This document shows positions 1-9,449 of a stretch of 64,000 bases of DNA, piece after piece (the stretch's first letter is position 1; each line of letters begins with the position of its first letter). Source of the stretch: Macrostomum lignano (lineage: Eukaryota). Location of the stretch: NCBI GenBank assembly GCA_002269645.1, contig NIVC01000269.1:1-64000 (forward strand), read 5' to 3'. Below the pieces are notes generated by a model. It saw only the letters and a list, made by a program, of their open reading frames with translations. It made no database searches and had not been told where the DNA came from. Both the position numbers and the translations under genes were made by a program.

Positions 1-357
1 AGCCGATTGGCTCTAAAGAAAGGTGGGGAAACCGTGTGCCACGGCGCCTTCACACCTGAAAACAATTCCTTCGTAAGAGAATACTTGCACTACCTGAAAA
101 GCTGTCAATCTGCAAGCCACACAACTCGTCCCGTGGATCCCCTACCAGCTCTTCTCCAACAACACACGGTGTTTGCATTCGATCTCACACCCGAGGGAGC
201 GGCTCTGTGGTACGGACAGAAGGAGGGCAACCTGCGGCTGGAGATTCGCTTCCAACAGGCTCTGAATGAAGCGGTGTCCCTGATTGCTATGTGCCTGTAT
301 GACTCGCTGATTGAGGTCACCAAGCACCGAGAGCTTTTGCTGGACTATTCATCTTAA
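1..357 (+). CDS. Maverick major capsid protein, C-terminal part (5' end outside window)
   Basis: Frame 1 is open from base 1. HTVFAFDLTP...GNLRLEIRFQQAL...DSLIEVTKHRELLLDY matches the Polinton MCP C-terminal pattern (FAFDLTP, LRLE.RF, LIEI..R....DY). Confidence 0.85.
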   Translation, partial: SRLALKKGGETVCHGAFTPENNSFVREYLHYLKSCQSASHTTRPVDPLPALLQQHTVFAFDLTPEGAALWYGQKEGNLRLEIRFQQALNEAVSLIAMCLYDSLIEVTKHRELLLDYSS

Positions 358-362
358 TTGAC

Positions 363-875
363 ATGGATGCAATTCAACTACTTAATCTCGCCAGAAAATT
401 TTTGCCTTACCAAAAATTTCTCATAGTTACTTTACATTTGCGCTATAAAAATTCTCTGCCCTTGAATGTAAAAAGAAAATTTAGATCATCAATTTCCTTT
501 GAAAACAAGTTTGTTTTTGTCCTACTTCAGCACAATGGCTCATTTGGTCACTGGGTGGTGTGCTATGTTGGGCAAGGAAATCGCATTGAGTTGTTCAACT
601 CCCTCGGCTGGGAACCTGAAATTTTATCTTTGGTTTATAATTTGTTTCGAGAGATTAAAACAACTGGCTTTTGGCTCCGAAGCAATATAAACAGAGTTCA
701 ATGTGCTAACTCTAATAAATGCGGAATGTTTTGCATCTATTTTGCTTATCAAAAGTTTCTGTTCAATCGGTCATTTGAGGGGATTTTGAAGCATTTGCAT
801 GCTAATGAAAAAAATCATTTGAATGATAGAATCTTACAGAGGTTTGAAGCCAACTTAAGAAAAAGATGTCCGTGA
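363..875 (+). CDS. Adenain-like cysteine protease (capsid maturation)
   Basis: GHWV (His), IELFNSLG and VQ...SNKCGMFC (oxyanion Gln and catalytic Cys) in adenain order; lies directly after the MCP gene. Confidence 0.9.
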   Translation: MDAIQLLNLARKFLPYQKFLIVTLHLRYKNSLPLNVKRKFRSSISFENKFVFVLLQHNGSFGHWVVCYVGQGNRIELFNSLGWEPEILSLVYNLFREIKTTGFWLRSNINRVQCANSNKCGMFCIYFAYQKFLFNRSFEGILKHLHANEKNHLNDRILQRFEANLRKRCP

Positions 876-1545
876 TTTCTAATATTTATGCATTAAACAT
901 GGGAGAAAAGCAAGTTTGCTACGATATCCGCCTCAGGCAGGGAAGCTGCATGATTGTCTGCGGGCCCACCAATGCAGGAAAAACAACCTTTGTCGAACAC
1001 CTGATCCAGTACAGAGACGTCATGTTTGATGTGAAGCCTGGCAGAGTTCTGTGGTACTATGGGATCTCACAGGCAGGCCATGCAGAACTGAGCAGCCTAG
1101 GTGTGCAGCTGCGCCAGGGATTTCCCACCAACATCGAGGCAGCACTTAGGCCCAATGACCTGGTTGTTTTCGATGACTTAATAGAGGAAACTTCAAACTC
1201 TGCTTCAATGCGAAATTTTTTCACAGGAATCGCACATCACTTGCCGTGCTTTTTGGTGATGCTGACTCAGAATATATTTTTCAAGGGAAAAGAGTCGCGA
1301 ACAATGAGCTTGAATGTAATGTACTTAGCTATCTTGAAAAACCCCGAGACCAGCTGCAGATTGCAGCACTGGGCAGGCAGTGCTTTACAGAGAAGCCCGG
1401 CTTTCTGCTGTCAGTGTTCAAGCACGTGACCGCGCAGGGCAGGGGAGCCTACCTGTTCCTAGACTTTCACCCATCAACTCCCGATGAGCTGCGAGTGCGG
1501 GCCAGAATTCTGCCCAACCAGCGACCCCATCTTGTATTTGCTTAA
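866..1545 (+). CDS. FtsK/A32-like DNA packaging ATPase, split by a one-base frameshift near 1341-1346
   Basis: Walker A GPTNAGKT, Walker B LVVFDD, then HH, TQN and RTMSLN motifs in ORF 866-1429. The expected continuation (KNP)RDQLQIAALGRQ...YLFLDFHP..DELRVR is in the -1 frame (ORF 1246-1545). Confidence 0.88.
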
Positions 1546-1586
1546 GAAAGTGAAGCTTGTTTTTATCAGCTATTGTTTTCATCGCA

Positions 1587-1925
1587 ATGGAAGTGCTTGA
1601 TTCATATGCAAGTCTTTTTGCGGTTCTTGCGTCACCTAAATATACCGTGCGCTTCAAGCGGCTGTTGATAAAAAATTGTCCAAAAGAAGTGCGTTATTTT
1701 CTTGTCGAGGCCTGCCATAATCTCTTACAAAACAATCTATCGTTTTCGCTCGATGAAAAAGCTGTTCTTGCAAAGTCAAAAGAGATAATTCGAAAAATTA
1801 CTCACAAAAGAAGAAAGACAGACTTGTTGAAGGCTGGCTTCATCAAAATACTCCCGATTCTGCTTAAGCTGGTAAAGAAGAAGAAGCAAAATGAACAAAT
1901 TTTCAGAAATGGTTCTGATTCCTAA
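1587..1925 (+). CDS. Conserved small basic Polinton/Maverick protein of unknown function
   Basis: ATG at 1587. KRLLIKNC...LVEACHNLLQNN...KEIIRKI...GFIKILPILL resembles the small basic ORF usually found after the ATPase in Mavericks (pattern recall). Confidence 0.65.
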   Translation: MEVLDSYASLFAVLASPKYTVRFKRLLIKNCPKEVRYFLVEACHNLLQNNLSFSLDEKAVLAKSKEIIRKITHKRRKTDLLKAGFIKILPILLKLVKKKKQNEQIFRNGSDS

Positions 1926-2583
1926 AGCAGAGTATGAGATGTTGATGCAGAATTTGAAGCCAAATGAGACTACCACTGAAGCTGACTTGAAGCAGGCTCA
2001 GAAGAAATGCGATGACATCTTGTATGCCGAGGATTGTCCAGAAGATGTGAAAACCGCCATGTACCAAAGTGCAATGCAAAGTTTGCTGGCCAAGCGCAAG
2101 CACGCTGGAAAAGAAGGAGCACGCAATACTGAAGCCAAGTTGATGAAAACAGAGACACCCCAGATAAGCACCTGGGAAGAGAAGATCAGCAAGTCGGTGC
2201 CACAGAAATTCAAAACCAGGGCTCGCAGTCTGTGGACGATCCTGTCCACCAATCCAGAGCTGATTCGAGTTTGTGAAAACGGGGAGGTGGAAATCGCAGG
2301 CACGTCAATCCCTTCCTCAAACATACTGGACTTGATTCAGCACACAGTGAGGGATTCGCCATGTGAGCGTGAACCAGTTGGGTGGAACGAGTTCATCGAT
2401 TTTCTGCAGCAGAAAAAGCTTAATGTTCCGCTTTCCGCTGTTGGTAAATCAGTTAAGAAGAAAATGGCAACCAGCAGAGGGGGTGAACTGGAGAAAGAAC
2501 AGGAGAGTCTAGTCAAGGGGTACGGGAGCAACACAGCCTGGCTGAAATTGCCTGCCAGAAAAGTATATAAGAAGGTGGACTGA
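1891..2583 (+). CDS. Conserved Polinton/Maverick protein of unknown function
   Basis: EMVLIP...DDIL...DVKTAMYQ and ENGEVEIAGTSIPSSNILDLI...PVGWNEFIDFL...NVPLSAVG match a widespread Maverick ORF pattern; start overlaps the previous ORF. Confidence 0.75.
   Translation: MNKFSEMVLIPKAEYEMLMQNLKPNETTTEADLKQAQKKCDDILYAEDCPEDVKTAMYQSAMQSLLAKRKHAGKEGARNTEAKLMKTETPQISTWEEKISKSVPQKFKTRARSLWTILSTNPELIRVCENGEVEIAGTSIPSSNILDLIQHTVRDSPCEREPVGWNEFIDFLQQKKLNVPLSAVGKSVKKKMATSRGGELEKEQESLVKGYGSNTAWLKLPARKVYKKVD
2564..2571 (+). promoter_or_regulatory. Candidate TATA box (TATATAAG)
   Basis: About 45 nt upstream of the ATG at 2613. Confidence 0.4.
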
Positions 2584-2612
2584 CTCCGAAATTTTCGAAG
2601 GAAAGCTGCATC

Positions 2613-3464
2613 ATGAACTACATTGACTTCCAAGGATTCCCGTGCAACAGCACAAGCAAAAAATTTGTTGTGAAGGAGTTGGCAGTTGTTCAAATCAGAG
2701 CGGGGAGCTACCACATTGCTCACCATGTGTACGCACCTCCGTATCCATGGGAGAGAGTCTCACCTGACATGCGAGTTTACTACAGACAGCTATCTAAGAG
2801 TCTGCACCAGTTTAAGTGGAATGATGGAACCCGTCCGTACATGGAACTGGCGGAAGACATTCTGAGCATTGCCAGTGGTCCGATCTGGTCAAATGGGGAA
2901 AGGAAGTCGATTTTTCTGACTGAGCTGCTTGGAAGACAGGTTTATAACCTAGAAGATTTGGGAGCACCCTCGACTGAAGATTCAGATACTGGCTGTGCAG
3001 TGAGAAATTCGTTGCTGCACTACAGTTGGCTTAAGCCAAAGTTCTGCATCAACTTAAGAAGCGAGCAGTGTCCGTGGCACACGAGCAGTAAAGTTGGCAG
3101 AAGCAGATTTGGTGAAGAAGTTGACGATCGAAATGAGCCCACCAGCTACAGCCCTAAGAGTGACCAATCTGGTTGGCGGAGTAGATCTGAGACTGGATGG
3201 TGGCAGGGGCGCTCAGCTGCCTCTACGGGAACTGGCTCTCAGCATGGCTCATGTGATCTACCGGCCCGTCTGGCCCCGGGTGCTCATCAAGCGGATGCGG
3301 ATTCCCAGAGTGACTCTCCTACTCTACCCTACTGGGCAACTGAGCATCTGCGGTGCCAAGACCCACGCAGACGCCAAAAGGGCTGCCCGTCGCTTCGTGG
3401 CTATGCTGCATCGGAGAGTGCCGGCTCAACTGCTGCCTCATCAAACAATTTGTGTTCGAATTAA
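2613..3464 (+). CDS. DEDD/DnaQ-like exonuclease-fold accessory protein (recognisable part is about the first 150 aa); C-terminal extension overlaps the TBP-like ORF
   Basis: YIDFQGF...FVVKELAV...PPYPWE...LHQFKWNDG..PY...GERKSIFL...VYNLEDLGAP...CAVRN resembles a Polinton accessory family. TATATAAG lies about 45 nt upstream. Confidence 0.55.
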   Translation: MNYIDFQGFPCNSTSKKFVVKELAVVQIRAGSYHIAHHVYAPPYPWERVSPDMRVYYRQLSKSLHQFKWNDGTRPYMELAEDILSIASGPIWSNGERKSIFLTELLGRQVYNLEDLGAPSTEDSDTGCAVRNSLLHYSWLKPKFCINLRSEQCPWHTSSKVGRSRFGEEVDDRNEPTSYSPKSDQSGWRSRSETGWWQGRSAASTGTGSQHGSCDLPARLAPGAHQADADSQSDSPTLPYWATEHLRCQDPRRRQKGCPSLRGYAASESAGSTAASSNNLCSN

Positions 3465-3705
3465 AACTATTACTGCTCATGGACAGCTCCCAGTTCATTC
3501 CGCACTTTCCTTATTAATGTTAAAATCAATTATCCCAAACGCCGAATATGAACCAGAATCCTTTTCTGCTTTAATTTTCAATTTAAACTTTTGTAAATGT
3601 CTGCTTTTTCACAGCGGCTCTTTTGTTCTCAGTGGAGCTCGGTCCTTGAATCAGTTGCATACCGATAGCATGCGTCTACTCAATGTAGTTCTTTCCATTG
3701 AATAA
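3133..3705 (+). CDS. Divergent TATA-box binding protein (TBP) homolog, 190 aa from the first ATG
   Basis: Both TBP repeats align by eye: VTNLVGGVDL (QNIVSTVNL), RMRIPRVTLLLYPTGQLSICGAKT ([24 protein letters not shown]), AKRAARRF (SRLAARKY), AEYEPESFSALIF (SSYEPELFPGLIY), CLLFHSGSFVLSGAR (LLIFVSGKVVLTGAK). Tandem AATAAA at 3701-3712. Confidence 0.88.
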   Translation: MSPPATALRVTNLVGGVDLRLDGGRGAQLPLRELALSMAHVIYRPVWPRVLIKRMRIPRVTLLLYPTGQLSICGAKTHADAKRAARRFVAMLHRRVPAQLLPHQTICVRIKTITAHGQLPVHSALSLLMLKSIIPNAEYEPESFSALIFNLNFCKCLLFHSGSFVLSGARSLNQLHTDSMRLLNVVLSIE

Positions 3706-3712
3706 AAATAAA
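3701..3712 (+). terminator. Tandem polyadenylation signals (AATAAA x2)
   Basis: Overlaps the TBP-like stop codon, at the convergence with pPolB. Confidence 0.55.
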
Positions 3713-4287
3713 GTCAAGTCAAGCAATTTGCCGCAAATATTTCAATGATTAGTGAAAAGTGAATAAAAGGATAAACTTGGTATTCTTTACATTCATTTTC
3801 CCAGGCAGACAGCTATGGAACACTTCAAAAACGTATTTAGCCCATCACCAAAAGTATCGCAAAACGCATATCAAATCCGAAAGTAAACAATACTACCATC
3901 GTTATAACAAACGATGTGCACCGAGAGAAGAGAAATAGAAAAGTGATAGAGAAAATATGATTAAAACGCTGATTGAATTTACAGGAACAATTTGTGTCAG
4001 ATAAAAACCAAAAACACATTTTAAACAAGTAGTACACAAAGCAAACAAAAATGAATTAATATTGTATGAGCGCACTTGCCACACAGCTTTATAAAAAGTA
4101 AAACTTAAATTGATATCAATATTTCACGCCGCAAAAACAAATTGACAGCTAAATCTAGCGCAATTAGCCAAGCATACAAATTTGTAAAAGTTACTACATG
4201 CAAGTCACTACATTTAAAACAGAATTTGGCAATTTAAACAACTCTAAAAGCAAGAAAAAGTACTAAACAGTCTGTTAAACACCCGCA

Positions 4288-7200
4288 CTAGACCAGTCGG
4301 ATGCGCTTCAGCTGATCGTGGGATGCGGGCGTCAGCGCATAGTGTCCGTAGGGCAGGCTTCGATTACTGCTAAGCCACACTCGCTTATCCTCCCACACCG
4401 ATAGGCTTCTTTTCTCCATGACCGACGTGAAGATTTCGTGTTTCTTGGAAACAATCGCTGTCATGGCAACCATCTGCTCTTGCTTGGACTCGAACGCGTC
4501 GACATAGTTCGCATGCGAAATTTGCTGTCTTACTACTGACTGCTTCACGCCTTTGGCAGTTTTCTTGATCTTTGCACTCGAATTCTCGGCAGGGAGAAAC
4601 GAATAAAGTTTTGGACGCAAAAGAATCCACTCCTGGTAAATTCCACCAGCAGATTCATCTTTAACGCAGCCCAGCTTTCCTTTTAACTCTTCAGAGAAAT
4701 GCGGATGGTCTCGAGAATAGTTGGATGTGTCAAGTATTTTTTCCTCTCTAAGCTTCGGGATTACCTCCGATGTTAAATCATGATTCTTGAAAGCTAGAAA
4801 AAATGAGTCAGTATCACCTCCGCAAAGCATCATGTCTCTGGAACCGTCTGAATGACAGAACAGCGGTCGGAGCCTGTCATATAGTAGGCTGTACATGGCC
4901 ATCTTAGAGAGATCGAGAACTGCCTGGCCAACGAAAATGGCCTTGTCAAGCGTGACTTTATCTTTTTTGAGCTGAAAAATGCTCAACGACTCATTGATAA
5001 TCGAGAATGCGGCACAGTTTGGTCGAGAGGCGCAAGTTTCTGCTTGAGTCTGGTTAGTGCAAATTCGAACATCGCATCTTTTTCGAACGTTCTCCATAGT
5101 TTTTCCAAAGAGAGAATTGTTTTTCAATTTGTAAAAATCCTTAGCAAACTCGGAAGTTGCCAAAGCTCTTTTTTCATTGTTGCTGGCAATGTACGGCGCG
5201 AAAATATTTTCCTGCTTGAACGAAATCATTTTTTTGACGCACTTGATCCGCATTCCGTGTTGCAGGTAAAATCTTAAAACGGTGCTGTGAACTACGTAAG
5301 AATCCTTGTCGGTACAGGTGAGTAGAAGCTTCTCCGTTGCTTGAAACTTAGCTTCAGCATTGCCAGTTCGCTGTTCAGCAATCTCTTTCCATAGTTCGGC
5401 CATGTACGGCGAGAATTGATCTGGCTGTGGTTTTGATTTTTCAGGTGCAAACGGTAACTCCTGAGTCGAATCGTGAATCTCAGCTGGGTATTCTAGATCG
5501 AGTTGAACAAGGTAGGCGATCTCGGCTTCTGGATTGAGTGACAGAAACCGATTGGAGTCCCAGAACTGGATTTCCTGTTCCGGTACCCACCTGAATTCCC
5601 TGCATGGAAGCGGAAGCGACAGGGCAAAGCCATACAAGTTGTTCATATCGATCGGCATGAGGCTTACACTCTCTTGCTGATCATCATAACCTGGCAAGCT
5701 AGGATTATTACCTTTGACGCAATGCACATTAATGAAGGACATGCCTCCTCGTATTCCCTTCTCAAACAGATGATACATGTCAGCATCAGTCAGCTGCTCT
5801 AGAACCACTCCAGTCGACTTTAGAGCTGAGTCGTAAGACAAACCAGGAGTAGTAAAGTAGTGTACCGGATCCAATCCGTCCTCTTTCAGACTGGCCTGTC
5901 GGAATGTCTCGAAAATGTCAGCCAGCTGCCTTACATCCATTTCAAGATAGGCGAGCATATAATCCTTCAAACTTTTGCATTGAAATGCCGCCCATGCCGC
6001 TCTTGCTCTATTGTAGTCGTCGTCGGAAATTCCCCGATCGGAAAGTCGATTAAAAAAAGCATCTTTAGGCGGCAAAACCGACTGCTCGAGAATCTCAAAT
6101 CCTGTGAGGTAATCATATGGGAAAATCCCTTTTTTTCGAAGTAGCTCTCTTGAAAGATGTGGTCTTGACTCAAGCATTTGCATTGTCAGCTTGCATTCAG
6201 CTTCGGGAAGATTAGCAAACAAATTGGACAAACTTCCCTTCAAAAAGCAGAGCGAGTCGATGAACTGAATTGTAAACATGATTGGCACAACTTTTCCGTT
6301 CTTTACGTAACTTGCAACAGGGAATTCCGCCCTTAGTGACAAGTATCGCTCGGATGATTGCGGAACAACACTAAGTTTCCAATTTTTCATGCTCCCAAGC
6401 GCAGTGGAAAGTAGAAGATGAAGGTCGTAGCCGCCTAAGTTGTGAAAAACCAGGGGCAGAAACCGGCGTCGGAGCTGTGCTCGCAGGTTGCATTCTTGAC
6501 ATGCTGCACCTTTGTACTGTCCATTTAAATGATCGTGGTCAAAATGTTTATCTGTAGAACTTTTAAAGTTCTTCTTGCAGTAGTGACATACCTCAGCAGA
6601 ATTGAAATCATCCATGACGGTCGCGGATGATCGGTCAGCCGGCTGGTGGCTATGCTTCTGGTTCCAGTGAAATATATCCTGAGCCAGGCTTTCAAGAGAT
6701 TTGAGAAAACCAAGGATACACTCATCAGGGTCCGCATTGCAAAAGACCTTGTACATGTCTCCTTCTGGCCTAAGCGGAGGTCCTGTCATGCCTTCACGAG
6801 GCACTGCAAGAAAAGCTGCTGCACATGGTTCATGCTTTGAGATCAGGTTAGCAGGGTCTGTGTTCGCTCGCAAAATGGCTTCCAGGTCGGCATAGGCAAC
6901 GAATGGTGGACTGACAGTGTTTTGACAGTTTCGGAACTTTATTTCATTCTGTCCTGGAACTGGAAGCGTTTCTTTGACAGGATTTTCTGCAGTAATGCTG
7001 CATTCGTTCCTGTGCTCTTGAAGCCTCTCGTTGCTATAAAATGATGTTAAACATTTCGTGCACCACTTCCTCATGGCGGGACCATTACGACTGTTCATTA
7101 ACCTGTCAAAATTAGTAATTGCACACCAGTGCTCCGATCCGTAGCTGTCTTTAACTAGCAAAAGCATGAGGTGTCTTCGGTCATCTGACTCATGCTTGCG

Positions 7201-7746
7201 GCGACGGAGAAGAGTCACACTGCCCTGCTGCCAAGAGAACGCAGAAATGCAAATTCCTGGATTGTTAGACTCGACGCGATCGATATCAGCGACACTCACT
7301 GGCATGGAGATTTCTGCAAAGTCCAGCTCACGCAACCATTCATCGTAAGAGGATATTCTGTTGGGCGATTTCTGAACTTTCGGATCGGCGCTGTGCAGTG
7401 CAGCGAGACAGGCGTACAGGAAACAGTCTTTGCCTGTGCTCGGTGGATTGATAACAGCCTTTTTGTTCTTCAAACTGGCAGGAAGATTGAATCTAACGGC
7501 TCTGCCCTGGCGAAATCGAATTGGATTGTACCTGGCAAGGTTGATGTCTAGAAAATTAATTTGTTTAATTGTCCAGCCACTGCCGTTCGTATTAATCATA
7601 CTACAGATCCTCTCCAACTCCTGCTCCTGCTCAATCAACCAGTTGTTTAAACGGCCTGCTTCACCACCTAGGTCTAGGGCCTGCATTTTACAGCTTATCC
7701 ATCTGTCCTCTTCGGCAAGCATCTCCCCATCTCTTATTCGGACCAT
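4288..7746 (-). CDS. polB: Protein-primed family B DNA polymerase (pPolB) with an endonuclease VII-like Zn-finger insertion
   Basis: ExoI YADLE, ExoII FHNLGGYD, KGIFPYDY, ExoIII YLEMD, motif A DMNNLYG, motif B KLKNNSLFGK, motif C DTDS, KGV. CHYC...DHDHLNGQYKGAACQECNL insertion. Frame stays open 68 codons upstream of the ATG (to 7950). Confidence 0.96.
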   Translation of the reverse strand: MVRIRDGEMLAEEDRWISCKMQALDLGGEAGRLNNWLIEQEQELERICSMINTNGSGWTIKQINFLDINLARYNPIRFRQGRAVRFNLPASLKNKKAVINPPSTGKDCFLYACLAALHSADPKVQKSPNRISSYDEWLRELDFAEISMPVSVADIDRVESNNPGICISAFSWQQGSVTLLRRRKHESDDRRHLMLLLVKDSYGSEHWCAITNFDRLMNSRNGPAMRKWCTKCLTSFYSNERLQEHRNECSITAENPVKETLPVPGQNEIKFRNCQNTVSPPFVAYADLEAILRANTDPANLISKHEPCAAAFLAVPREGMTGPPLRPEGDMYKVFCNADPDECILGFLKSLESLAQDIFHWNQKHSHQPADRSSATVMDDFNSAEVCHYCKKNFKSSTDKHFDHDHLNGQYKGAACQECNLRAQLRRRFLPLVFHNLGGYDLHLLLSTALGSMKNWKLSVVPQSSERYLSLRAEFPVASYVKNGKVVPIMFTIQFIDSLCFLKGSLSNLFANLPEAECKLTMQMLESRPHLSRELLRKKGIFPYDYLTGFEILEQSVLPPKDAFFNRLSDRGISDDDYNRARAAWAAFQCKSLKDYMLAYLEMDVRQLADIFETFRQASLKEDGLDPVHYFTTPGLSYDSALKSTGVVLEQLTDADMYHLFEKGIRGGMSFINVHCVKGNNPSLPGYDDQQESVSLMPIDMNNLYGFALSLPLPCREFRWVPEQEIQFWDSNRFLSLNPEAEIAYLVQLDLEYPAEIHDSTQELPFAPEKSKPQPDQFSPYMAELWKEIAEQRTGNAEAKFQATEKLLLTCTDKDSYVVHSTVLRFYLQHGMRIKCVKKMISFKQENIFAPYIASNNEKRALATSEFAKDFYKLKNNSLFGKTMENVRKRCDVRICTNQTQAETCASRPNCAAFSIINESLSIFQLKKDKVTLDKAIFVGQAVLDLSKMAMYSLLYDRLRPLFCHSDGSRDMMLCGGDTDSFFLAFKNHDLTSEVIPKLREEKILDTSNYSRDHPHFSEELKGKLGCVKDESAGGIYQEWILLRPKLYSFLPAENSSAKIKKTAKGVKQSVVRQQISHANYVDAFESKQEQMVAMTAIVSKKHEIFTSVMEKRSLSVWEDKRVWLSSNRSLPYGHYALTPASHDQLKRIRLV

Positions 7747-8169
7747 TCGAATATTCGCCTTTAGCTGAACTTTGTAATGATGTCTTGAAATTCTTTGCTG
7801 AACTGCCTCAATAATTTTGTCTCCAGCTTGGACAAAAAATTCTGACGGAAGCGTGTCTGGGTGACTCGATCTGAGCCTCAGTATTTCCAGTGATTGATCA
7901 TAGGCTTGGGCAACTCTGCTGAAGCTGACTGTTGAACCTGGTTTGTGGTTTTAGGATAATATTTTTGTTTTTTGCTGCCTATAGTTTCAAATATCAAAGA
8001 TACTAAACTAAACGTCTGTACCCAAGCATACATGTACAACCCTACCGGTATAAAGTCTTTTATCTCCCCTTCTCCCATTCTTTGGACTAAAATTTTAGAC
8101 TGCATAATATACATCGCATTGATAAGAAAATTTTTAAGTAAGTTGAAAAGGATAAATAAAGGCACTTAC

Positions 8170-8566
8170 CTTGGTGTGCATCAGTCACCGACTCGCTGTT
8201 GGCTGCTGACTCGCTGCTGGCTGCTGACTCGCTGCTGGCTGCTGACTCGCTGCTGGCTGCTGACTCGCTGCTGGCTGCTGACTCGCTGCTGGCTGCTGAC
8301 TCGCTGCTGGCTGCCGACTCGCTGCTGGCTGCCGACTCGCTGCTGGCTGCCGACTCGCTGCTGGCTGCTGACTCGCTGCTGACGTCATGGTCCACCCAAG
8401 GGTGGTCATACTCGATCCACGAGTGGTCATCCTCCATCCACGAGTGGCCATTCTCCATCCATGAGTGGTCATTCTCCATCCATGAGTGGTCATTCTCCAT
8501 CCATGAGTGGTCATTCTCCATCCATGAGTGGTCATTCTCCTGCTCCATCCAGGAGTGCTCAACCAT
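8170..8566 (-). CDS. Repeat-rich ORF or candidate internal exon of a spliced pPolB transcript: (ENDHSWM)n, (ESAASS)n
   Basis: 21-bp and 18-bp in-frame tandem units. Strong donor AAG|GTAAGT at 8170/8169 and a pyrimidine-rich acceptor ending at 8558. Confidence 0.45.
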
Positions 8567-9449
8567 AGAAAAGGCAAGCAGTTAAAAGCTGACAGTGTTT
8601 ACTGGCTGCAACTGAGTGTCATAAGCAACTGGGAGTGAATATTTGAAATCTTTTTTCGTAAGTCTTTATTGCTGCAATACTGGTACAATATCCACACTTA
8701 CAAGCTAGTAGATGCTGGTTATATTTTTTTGGTTCTCCCTTAAGCTAGCTCTCTGCATGCATATTCTATTGATCCCTATTCGTAAAAGTTCGTTTCTATT
8801 TGCCTCCTACGCAGACTCAATCGGTAAAAAATGCAAAATGAAGCCAATAGTTAATTAACAAACCAATCACCGAGTGGAAAAATGCTGACATTATATATAT
8901 ATTTTTTAAAAAAATATCGAATTCACATGGTGCAATCATAGTCAATAAACAATGCATGGAACAATGAATTACAAATACAGACGAGAGTTTAGAAGCAGAA
9001 ATATAGCTGAAAAGTTCAATAATTAAAGAATGAGGAAACACCGCATCAAAGCAGTAGAAAGAAAATTATACCTAATCAATCGCACCAAGCATACGAAACC
9101 ATCACCAATTTATTGAAAGTATGTTATGTTGATTTTAATTTGTTAAATTCAACTGTATAATGTTTCACCTACTTTTCAAATAATTTTTTTTTACCTCGGA
9201 TACCAAAAAAATATTGGTTGCCACTACGAGCTACGAGCTTTTTTAAAACTAATTTGGAAATGAAAACTGAAAACTTATAAGCAAGATTCCTAGAAGCGAA
9301 TACAGAGTTATGAGATGATCAAATCATTAATTAATGTACCTACTTTCAACTTTAAAAAGCTAGTTGAAATAAAGTTTTAGCAATAATTGCAATAAATGGG
9401 TAGATTTCTCACTCCACACAGAAAGCAAAAAAGTACAAAAATTGCTTAG

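Noticed and set aside
3837-4084. Two short minus-strand ORFs between TBP and pPolB
   Set aside because: Short, AT-rich, no motifs; more likely the convergent termination region.
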